Below are positions 57,277-64,000 of a stretch of DNA of 64,000 bases, piece after piece. The translations under genes and the position numbers were made by a program. Source of the stretch: Candidatus Omnitrophota bacterium (lineage in GTDB: Bacteria > Omnitrophota > Gorgyraeia > Gygaellales > Profunditerraquicolaceae); contig CAWDSS010000010.1 of NCBI GenBank assembly GCA_963805065.1, forward strand, positions 984,359 to 1,048,358, given 5' to 3'. How positions within the stretch are numbered: the first letter of the stretch is position 1; every line of letters begins with the position of its first letter. The notes beneath the pieces are model-generated. The model saw nothing but the letters and a program-made list of their open reading frames with translations, was not told the origin of the DNA and did no database searches.

Positions 57277-57313
57277 ATCACCTCTTTCGTCTATTAGATT
57301 AGAAGGAGGTGAT
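57277..57313 (+). promoter_or_regulatory. Hairpin pairing an anti-SD (atcacctc) with the spoVG Shine-Dalgarno (gaggtgat)
   Basis: 8-bp complementary arms at 57277-57284 and 57306-57313. The ATG is at 57318. Confidence 0.45.
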
Positions 57314-57317
57314 TTAC

Positions 57318-57575
57318 ATGGTAGCAGGTGAAGATTTAAAGGTAGTAAGGCTGCATCGTTTGGAGGGAGATTCAAAAACCAAAGCCTTTGCGGATGTTTG
57401 CATTGGCGATTTTGTGGTTAAGGGTTTACGCATTGTTCAGGGCCAAAAAGGGTTATTTCTGGCTATGCCGCAGGAAAAAGGCAAAGACGGCAAATGGTAC
57501 AATGTGTTTTACCCCATGACTAAAGAAGCTAAACAGGATCTTTCTGATCTAGTTTTAGCAGCATTCCAAGAGTGA
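57318..57575 (+). CDS. spoVG: SpoVG family protein
   Basis: KAFADVCIGDFVVKGLRIV.G..GLF.AMP pattern. Confidence 0.8.
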   Translation: MVAGEDLKVVRLHRLEGDSKTKAFADVCIGDFVVKGLRIVQGQKGLFLAMPQEKGKDGKWYNVFYPMTKEAKQDLSDLVLAAFQE

Positions 57576-57589
57576 GGTTAAAGGATACG

Positions 57590-57623
57590 GGGACACCCTT
57601 AGCTTCAAATTAATGGGTGTCCC
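57590..57623. repeat. Second copy of the gggacaccc / gggtgtccc hairpin family
   Basis: Same stem sequence and same 3' flank (cctaat) as 30108-30141. Confidence 0.7.
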
Positions 57624-57633
57624 TAATCTGAAG

Positions 57634-58143
57634 ATGAAAAACATTTATTTGGTGGGATTTATGGGTACAGGCAAAACTTCTGTTGGCAAGCTCCTTGCCA
57701 AAAATAAAAAATGGCAGTTCCTAGATTTGGATGAATTGATCGAGCTTAGGGAGAAAAGAAGCATCTCTGATATTTTTAGCCAAGACGGGGAACCTTACTT
57801 TCGTAAGTTAGAAAAAAGGGCATTAAAGCAGGTAAGCCAGGAGAAAAAATTTGTGGTTGCCTGTGGAGGAGGGATTGTTTTAGATAAAGAGAATATTAAG
57901 ATAATGAAAGCAACAGGCAAGGTTATTTGTTTGACTGCCTTGCCTGATGTAATATTAAGCAGGACCTGCGGATATGCGCACCGGCCGCTTTTAAACGTGA
58001 CTGACCCCAAAAAGCAGATTGAATTATTGCTTAAATTACGCGCTCCATTTTACGCCCAGGCAGACAAAACCATCGACACCTCCAAAATCCCCGTAAAAAA
58101 AGTCGTAGAAAAGATTACCCGGATTATTACCAGGAAAAAATGA
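57634..58143 (+). CDS. aroK: Shikimate kinase
   Basis: MKNIYLVGFMGTGKTSVG, LDLDE, GGG motifs. The ORF-track start at 57613 lies inside the hairpin. Confidence 0.85.
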   Translation: MKNIYLVGFMGTGKTSVGKLLAKNKKWQFLDLDELIELREKRSISDIFSQDGEPYFRKLEKRALKQVSQEKKFVVACGGGIVLDKENIKIMKATGKVICLTALPDVILSRTCGYAHRPLLNVTDPKKQIELLLKLRAPFYAQADKTIDTSKIPVKKVVEKITRIITRKK

Positions 58144-59207
58144 CCCGACAGGAAGCATTGGTTGGCTTGAATATGATTTACGATATCGGAAGCGTAAGGC
58201 TTACCCAGCTTTTGGCAGCCTTTGGCGCGCCGGAGAAAATTTTTCGCGCTCCCCATAACGAATTATTGCAAGTATTTGGGATAGGCGAAGAAATCGCCTG
58301 CCAAATCTCACTCTTTAAACAAGATGATTTAAAAAAAGAGTTCGCGCTGGTTAAAAAACATAATTTGAAAATCATCACTCTAGACGATGAAGATTATCCT
58401 GAACAGCTTAAGAATATTCCCGGAGCGCCCATCGTGCTTTATGTTAAAGGAGAAATGCAACAGACCGATAAATTGGCAATCGGCATTGTGGGATCGCGCA
58501 GGGCTTCTTATTATGGTTTAAACAATGCACAGAAGCTCGCCTATGATTTATCGCAAAAAGGATTTACCATTGTTTCTGGGATGGCGCGCGGAATAGATAC
58601 CTACGCGCATAAAGGAGCTTTAAAAGCAGGCGGCAGGACAATCGCAGTAATGGGAAGCGGTTTTAACAATATTTATCCCGAGGAGAATAAAAAATTAGCA
58701 GAAGAGATTTCTCGTAACGGTGCTGTGATTTCAGAGTTTCCTGTAGATGCCTTGCCTCTTAAGCAAAACTTTCCCCGTAGAAACCGCATCATCAGCGGAC
58801 TGAGTTTAGGGCTGCTAGTAGCCGAGGCAGCTAGAAATAGCGGAGCGCTTATTACAGCTGATTTTGCGCTGGAGCAGGGTAGAGAAGTTTTTGCCTTGCC
58901 GGGAAAACTGGATTCAGGCACCTCTTTCGGCACAAATGAGTTAATAAAACAGGGAGCAAAATTAGTTACCTGCGTAGAGGACATCATCGAAGAATTCGGA
59001 TTTGTTGAAGAAAATCCCCGGGTTTATCATAAGTTTGAAGAGGGAGAGGACAAATTGCTAAATCTGATTAATCATGAGTCAATACAATTAGATGAACTTG
59101 TAGAAAAGACAAATCTGGATATTCCCAGAATTTCTGATATACTTTTAAGGTTGCAGTTAAAGAAACTGATAAAACAATTACCAGGAAGACAATTTGTAAG
59201 GGTTTAA
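58140..59207 (+). CDS. dprA: DNA-processing protein DprA
   Basis: IVGSRRAS.YG, SGMARGIDT.AH, FP.RNRIISGLS motifs. Confidence 0.85.
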   Translation: MTRQEALVGLNMIYDIGSVRLTQLLAAFGAPEKIFRAPHNELLQVFGIGEEIACQISLFKQDDLKKEFALVKKHNLKIITLDDEDYPEQLKNIPGAPIVLYVKGEMQQTDKLAIGIVGSRRASYYGLNNAQKLAYDLSQKGFTIVSGMARGIDTYAHKGALKAGGRTIAVMGSGFNNIYPEENKKLAEEISRNGAVISEFPVDALPLKQNFPRRNRIISGLSLGLLVAEAARNSGALITADFALEQGREVFALPGKLDSGTSFGTNELIKQGAKLVTCVEDIIEEFGFVEENPRVYHKFEEGEDKLLNLINHESIQLDELVEKTNLDIPRISDILLRLQLKKLIKQLPGRQFVRV

Positions 59208-59208
59208 G

Positions 59209-61191
59209 ATGAAAGAAAAAAATTTAGTCATAGTGGAATCGCCCACAAAGGCAAAAACCATAAGCAAGATATTGGGAGATAATTATAGCGTTATTTCCTC
59301 AATGGGCCACATTATTGATTTGCCGCAGAAGGAATTAGGCGTGGATATAGAAAAAGGGTTTACCCCGGATTATGTGGTAATCACCGGAAGAAAAAAGATT
59401 TTGGACAGCATAAAAAAGGAAAGCAAGGACAAAGATAATATTTACGTGGCTACAGACCCTGACCGGGAAGGAGAAGCCATTGGTTGGCAGATTAAGGACA
59501 AGGTATTAAAAAAGAAAATTGTTTACCGGGTTACATTTCACGAAATCACCCCTGCTGCGGTAAAGGATGCATTTAAACATGCGCGTGATTTTGACCACAA
59601 CATGATTGAAGCGCAGGTCGGGCGAAGGGTATTAGATAGGATAGTAGGTTATTTCTTAAGCCCCTTGCTTTGGAAAAAGATTGCCCGAGGTTTAAGCGCC
59701 GGTAGGGTCCAGTCAGTAGCCTTGAAATTAATCGTAGAAAGAGAAAAGGAGATTCAAAAGTTTGTTCCCCGGGAATACTGGGAGATAGAAGCAGAGTTAC
59801 AGAAATCATCCGCTGATTCCGGGCCTTTTTTAGCCAAGTTAGAAAAAATAGATGATAAAAAAGCCGAGATAAATAATCAGGAATCCGCAGAAAAATTAGT
59901 TGATGATTTAAAAACTAAGCAATTTATCGTCTCGGAAATTAAAAAGACAGAGAAAAAGCGTTACGCAGACCCGCCTTTTATCACCAGCACCCTGCAGCAG
60001 GAAGCATTCAATAAATTAAGGTTCAGCGCTACCAAGACCATGATAGTGGCGCAGCAGCTTTATGAAGGCATTGATATTGGCGAGGAAAACCCTGTCGGCT
60101 TGATTACTTATATGCGTACGGATTCTCCCAGAGTGGCGCCTGAAGCAATAAAAGAGGTAAGAAACCATATTGCCAAAATTTTTGGCAAAGAATATCTGCC
60201 TGAAAGCCCCAATGTTTACAAAGTAAAAAAACTTGCCCAGGAAGCGCATGAAGCCATCAGGCCAACTTTAATTTCCAGCCCTGCAGAAAGCTTAAAAGAA
60301 TTTTTAAGCCCCGACCAATATAAATTGTACGAATTAATTTATAACCGATTTATGGCCAGCCAGATGACTCCTGCGCGGTATTTATCAACCTCTGTGGATA
60401 TCCTGGCAGGCAAATATTTATTTACGGCTTCCGGAAGCACTCTTATCTTTGACGGATTTAGCGCAGTCTATAATAAGAATGGAGATGAGAAAGAAAAAAA
60501 TACCATTCCGGAATTAGAAAAAGATGAAATATTAAAATTATTAAAATTGACTCCTTCACAGCATTTTACCAAGCCTCCGCCCAGATTCTCGGACAGTTCC
60601 TTGGTTAAGGCTTTGGAAGAAGAGGGTATTGGCCGGCCTTCTACTTATGCTCCCATAATTTACACGCTGGTATTGCGCGATTATATACGCAGGATCAAAG
60701 GATATCTTAACCCTACTGAATTAGGGTTTAAGGTTTGCGATTTACTGGTTGAATATTTTCCTAAGATAATGGATGTAAAGTTTACCGCCGCTATGGAAGA
60801 AGAGCTGGATGAGATTGAAGAAGGCCGCATTGATAAAATAAAAGTCTTGCAGGATTTTTACGCTCCGTTTAAAGAAAGCCTGGATTTTGCGCAGGCAAAT
60901 ATCAAGAAAGAAGTAATCGTTTCTAATGAAATTTGCGATAAATGCGGCAAGCCCATGGTCGTCAAATGGGGCCGCCGGGGAAAATTTTTAAGCTGCTCTG
61001 ATTTTCCCAGGTGCAAGAATTCCAAATCAATTACCAGCGGCGTAAAATGCCCTGAGCCCGGCTGCGGCGGAGAATTGATTGAGCGCCGTTCCAAAAGAGG
61101 TTTTTTCTACGGTTGTTCCAATTTTCCCAAATGCACGTTTACTTCCAAAACCCTGCCTCAAGATAAAGATGGTGATGAAGCAGAAGAGTGA
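59209..61191 (+). CDS. topA: DNA topoisomerase I
   Basis: TOPRIM (LVIVESPTKAKTI, DPDREGE), catalytic YMRTDS, C-terminal zinc ribbons. Confidence 0.95.
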   Translation: MKEKNLVIVESPTKAKTISKILGDNYSVISSMGHIIDLPQKELGVDIEKGFTPDYVVITGRKKILDSIKKESKDKDNIYVATDPDREGEAIGWQIKDKVLKKKIVYRVTFHEITPAAVKDAFKHARDFDHNMIEAQVGRRVLDRIVGYFLSPLLWKKIARGLSAGRVQSVALKLIVEREKEIQKFVPREYWEIEAELQKSSADSGPFLAKLEKIDDKKAEINNQESAEKLVDDLKTKQFIVSEIKKTEKKRYADPPFITSTLQQEAFNKLRFSATKTMIVAQQLYEGIDIGEENPVGLITYMRTDSPRVAPEAIKEVRNHIAKIFGKEYLPESPNVYKVKKLAQEAHEAIRPTLISSPAESLKEFLSPDQYKLYELIYNRFMASQMTPARYLSTSVDILAGKYLFTASGSTLIFDGFSAVYNKNGDEKEKNTIPELEKDEILKLLKLTPSQHFTKPPPRFSDSSLVKALEEEGIGRPSTYAPIIYTLVLRDYIRRIKGYLNPTELGFKVCDLLVEYFPKIMDVKFTAAMEEELDEIEEGRIDKIKVLQDFYAPFKESLDFAQANIKKEVIVSNEICDKCGKPMVVKWGRRGKFLSCSDFPRCKNSKSITSGVKCPEPGCGGELIERRSKRGFFYGCSNFPKCTFTSKTLPQDKDGDEAEE

Positions 61192-61196
61192 AAGTA

Positions 61197-62066
61197 ATGG
61201 AAAAATATATCGAGAAATTTATTCGGTATTTGGAAATTGAGAAGAATTACTCAAAGCATACGATTCTAAATTACAAGCTGGATTTGCAAGATTTTAAGAA
61301 GTTTCTCGCAGAAACTTCCCCTGAAAAAGTAGACTACCTTACCTTAAGAAAATATCTGGCAATTTTAAAGGGAAAAACCTTAGGCTCAAGGACGATTAAC
61401 CGCAGGCTTTCGGCATTGAGGAGCTTCTTTAAGTTCCTTACTCGAGAGAGTTATATTAAGACTAATCCTACATTGGTCCTATCCAGCCCCAAACTGGAAA
61501 AACATCTGCCCTCCTTTATGACCGAAGAAGAAGTCGCTAAGTTAATCGAAGCTGCGTTTCAGAAAGATGAATTTGATGAAATGGGGCTTAGGGACAGGGC
61601 GATCCTGGAAACTTTTTATTCCACGGGCTTAAGAATTTCTGAACTTGTGGGGCTAAGTATAGATGATATGGATTTTATCAGCGGTATTGTAAAAATCATG
61701 GGCAAGGGTAAAAAAGAAAGAATAGTGCCGATTGGAGAAGCAGCTATCCAGGCGATTAGGAGATACTTGGATAAAAGGAAGAAACAAAACAAGGCTGTAT
61801 TTTTAAATAAAAACGGCACGCGTATTACATCTAGGGGGGTGCGCGGTATTGTGGAAAAATATATCCATATAGCAGGCATCAGGCAGGGAGTTTCGCCTCA
61901 TACATTCAGGCATAGTTTTGCCACGCATCTTTTAAACCGCGGAGCGGATCTACGCACGGTTCAGGAATTATTAGGGCATGCGAATTTATCTACGACCCAG
62001 ATATATACGCACCTTACCACTGAAAGGTTAAAGAGCGTGTATGATAAGGCACATCCCCACGCATAA
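61197..62066 (+). CDS. xerC: Tyrosine recombinase XerC/XerD
   Basis: GLRISEL, HTFRHSFATHLL, LGHANLSTTQIYTH. Confidence 0.85.
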   Translation: MEKYIEKFIRYLEIEKNYSKHTILNYKLDLQDFKKFLAETSPEKVDYLTLRKYLAILKGKTLGSRTINRRLSALRSFFKFLTRESYIKTNPTLVLSSPKLEKHLPSFMTEEEVAKLIEAAFQKDEFDEMGLRDRAILETFYSTGLRISELVGLSIDDMDFISGIVKIMGKGKKERIVPIGEAAIQAIRRYLDKRKKQNKAVFLNKNGTRITSRGVRGIVEKYIHIAGIRQGVSPHTFRHSFATHLLNRGADLRTVQELLGHANLSTTQIYTHLTTERLKSVYDKAHPHA

Positions 62067-62070
62067 ATTT

Positions 62071-62099
62071 GTGTAATGTGTAACGTGTAATGTGTAATG
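62071..62099 (+). repeat. Four tandem heptamers (gtgtaat gtgtaac gtgtaat gtgtaat)
   Basis: Read directly. Intergenic between xerC and waaA. Confidence 0.85.
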
Positions 62100-62106
62100 A
62101 AAAATT

Positions 62107-63390
62107 ATGTTTATAATTTATGACTTAATATTCTTAATATTTTCCATTGTTTGGCTACCGGTGTATTTATTTAAAAGAAAATTCCATCCCGGGTTTTCTT
62201 CGCGCCTGGGGAATCTCCCTAAAGATTTAAAATTAAACAGGCCTATCTGGATACACGCCGTTAGCGTGGGAGAGGTAATGGCAGTAAGAATATTGGTTGA
62301 ACAACTAAGAAGCATCTATCCCACTAAGCAGTTCGTAATCTCAACCGTGACTCCCACTGGAAATAAAATCGCTAAAAGCTTAGCTAAAAATGATTTTGTC
62401 ACATATTTGCCGTTAGATTTCAGCTTTATTGTTAAAAAAGTCATAGATAGGATTAATCCTTGTATTTTCATTATTGCGGAAACTGAAATCTGGCCTAATC
62501 TTATTTCTTATTTATATAAAAAGGATATTCCTGTCATTACTGTGAACGGGAGGATATCCGATTCTTCATTACGCGGATACCTGGCGATAAAGTTTTTCAT
62601 AAAGAATGTTTTAAGAAAAGTGACCCTGCTTTGCGTCCAGTCACAGCGCGATGCCGATAGGCTGTGTTCTCTAGGCGTTAAAACAGATAAAATTGCCGTG
62701 ACCGGGAACATGAAGTTTGACACCACGCCTGCCTGCCGGCAGGCAGGCCTGCCTGCCGGACAGGCAGGGATTACCACGGATTTAAAAAATAAATTGGGAT
62801 TAAGAAAAGAAGATAGAATTTTTATCGCTGCCAGCACCCATCCGGGAGAAGAGGAGATTATTCTAAAAGCCTATCAAAGTTTATTAGCTGATTTTGGGGA
62901 TTTGAATCTTATAATCGCACCCCGGCATCCGGAAAGAGGTAAAGAGGTGTCAAAAGTTGTCTCAGAAGCGCATTTTTGCAGCAGCTTGTTTTCTCAACCG
63001 CCCAAAGCTTTCCCCTGCGTAACTAAAACCGTGTTTATCCTGGATGTTATAGGCCAGTTGCTCGATTTTTATCATATTGCTGATATCGTATTTGTGGGTG
63101 GCAGCCTGATAAAAAAAGGCGGGCATAATATACTAGAGCCGGCAGCCTTGGCAAAACCTATAATATTTGGTCCCCATATGTTCAATTTCAGTGATATTGC
63201 AGATTTATTTTTATCCCATAGAGCAGCAATTTTGGTAACTAACGAAGAGGAGATCGCAAGTACTACAAAACAGATATTATCAGATTCTACGAAGGCACTA
63301 GCATTGGGAAAGCGCGCTAGAGGGCTGGTGCAGCAAAATCAGGGTGCCACAAAAAGAAATTTAGAATATATAAGAAAATTTGTTGTTTGA
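62107..63390 (+). CDS. waaA: 3-deoxy-D-manno-octulosonic acid (KDO) transferase
   Basis: IWIHAVSVGE, ETEIWPN, GNMKFD, STHPGEEE, GGSL...GGHN.LEPA. Confidence 0.85.
   Translation: MFIIYDLIFLIFSIVWLPVYLFKRKFHPGFSSRLGNLPKDLKLNRPIWIHAVSVGEVMAVRILVEQLRSIYPTKQFVISTVTPTGNKIAKSLAKNDFVTYLPLDFSFIVKKVIDRINPCIFIIAETEIWPNLISYLYKKDIPVITVNGRISDSSLRGYLAIKFFIKNVLRKVTLLCVQSQRDADRLCSLGVKTDKIAVTGNMKFDTTPACRQAGLPAGQAGITTDLKNKLGLRKEDRIFIAASTHPGEEEIILKAYQSLLADFGDLNLIIAPRHPERGKEVSKVVSEAHFCSSLFSQPPKAFPCVTKTVFILDVIGQLLDFYHIADIVFVGGSLIKKGGHNILEPAALAKPIIFGPHMFNFSDIADLFLSHRAAILVTNEEEIASTTKQILSDSTKALALGKRARGLVQQNQGATKRNLEYIRKFVV
62727..62769 (+). repeat. Two tandem 21-nt palindromic units (cctgcctgccggcaggcagg-like) inside waaA, in frame. 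A related single unit is at 30202-30223.
   Basis: Read directly. Encodes ACRQAGLPAGQAG after the GNMKFD motif. Confidence 0.85.
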
Positions 63391-63419
63391 ATTAGAACCT
63401 TGTGATAACATTATAAACT

Positions 63420-64000
63420 ATGGAAATAAAAGCAAGGCAAAAAAATAACGTCATAATCCTGGATTTGGCCGGGCGTATTGATGTAGATTCCGCCAACCTT
63501 GTAGAGATTGTCGGCCAGTGTGTGCGCGACGGATACGATGAGATCGTAGGCAATTTTGAGGAAGTGGATTTTATAGATTACATGGGTATTTCTGTAATAG
63601 TTATCGCCTATAAGGAAGTCATAAATAATAGCGGCAGGATGAAATTCTGCGCTATCCCGGCGCATCTTAAAGGCTTGTTTTCCGTTTCCGGGTTAGATAA
63701 AGTTATTGAAATATACCCTACCGAGGAATTGGCGGTAGACAGCTTTAAGGAAGATAAGATTATCGAGAAGATTAAGAAAATGCAGCTGCGGCGCAGGTTC
63801 AAGAGGCTGCCCATTGAAATTAAAATAGAATTAAAAGCCAAGAATGAATTGAGCCCCGTGTGCATGAAGCTGGATATCCTCAATTTAAGCGCGGTGGGAG
63901 CTTATATCTACGGCTGCGATAAATTTAAATTGGGTGATGCGGTAGTTTTAAAGATGAAGCTTCCTCCCAAGAATGAAGAAATGGAATTAGATGCAAAGGT
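63420..64000 (+). CDS. STAS (anti-sigma antagonist-like) - PilZ domain fusion protein, 3' end truncated by the window
   Basis: Hand translation: MEIKARQKNNVIILDLAGRIDVDSA...FIDYMGISVI... (STAS), then RRRFKRLP...LNLSAVGAYI (PilZ RxxxR and D/NxSxxG motifs). Absent from the ORF track because it has no stop in the window. Confidence 0.6.
   Translation, partial: MEIKARQKNNVIILDLAGRIDVDSANLVEIVGQCVRDGYDEIVGNFEEVDFIDYMGISVIVIAYKEVINNSGRMKFCAIPAHLKGLFSVSGLDKVIEIYPTEELAVDSFKEDKIIEKIKKMQLRRRFKRLPIEIKIELKAKNELSPVCMKLDILNLSAVGAYIYGCDKFKLGDAVVLKMKLPPKNEEMELDAK

Noticed and set aside
31771-62099. Heptamer or short tandem repeat tracts as CRISPR arrays
   Set aside because: The units are 7-8 nt and directly tandem with no spacers. 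Each tract is only ~30 nt. There are no cas genes in the window.
63411-63883. Minus-strand ORFs 63411-63665 and 63608-63883
   Set aside because: They are antisense to a plus-strand ORF with clear STAS and PilZ motifs that is open to the end of the window.

Overview
Low-GC bacterial chromosome segment. KDO transferase, AsmA-like and lipoprotein genes indicate a diderm. Giant-ORF content and heavy gene fusion suggest an uncultivated, possibly Omnitrophota-like lineage, but that is inference only. The backbone is housekeeping: purN, ftsH-like, eno, then a long purine/one-carbon/nucleotide cluster (purB, purS-purS-purL, LOG, purQ, purF, purM, purD, purE, tsaC-fusion, rpiB, glyA, dCMP deaminase, nrdR), followed by cca, nth, trpB2, aroC, aroK, dprA, topA, xerC and waaA. 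Two accessory regions interrupt it. (1) Positions 1-4224 hold a secreted ankyrin-repeat gene bracketed by a 16-bp inverted repeat, next to a small serine recombinase, an excisionase-like HTH and a tyrosine integrase. (2) An island lies directly downstream of an initiator-type tRNA-Met (12280-12356). It carries a large serine recombinase plus a DUF2924 partner, then an AT-rich cassette bracketed by ~50-bp direct repeats, then a 2289-aa secreted giant protein. The cassette encodes a SIR2-like protein, a small winged-helix protein, a ~180-nt structured RNA with a1/a2-type terminal inverted repeats, and a retron-type reverse transcriptase. This SIR2-wHTH-msr/msd-RT module is the best candidate for an undescribed defence system. 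A second notable signal is a set of short tracts of about four tandem heptamers and small palindromic units. They occur in intergenic spacers and also in frame inside conserved enzymes (purL, purQ, purM, waaA, dCMP deaminase tail). purL carries two apparent +1 frameshifts. A 550-nt non-coding gap upstream of purD holds two long-range hairpin elements. No rRNA genes, CRISPR arrays or cas genes were seen.
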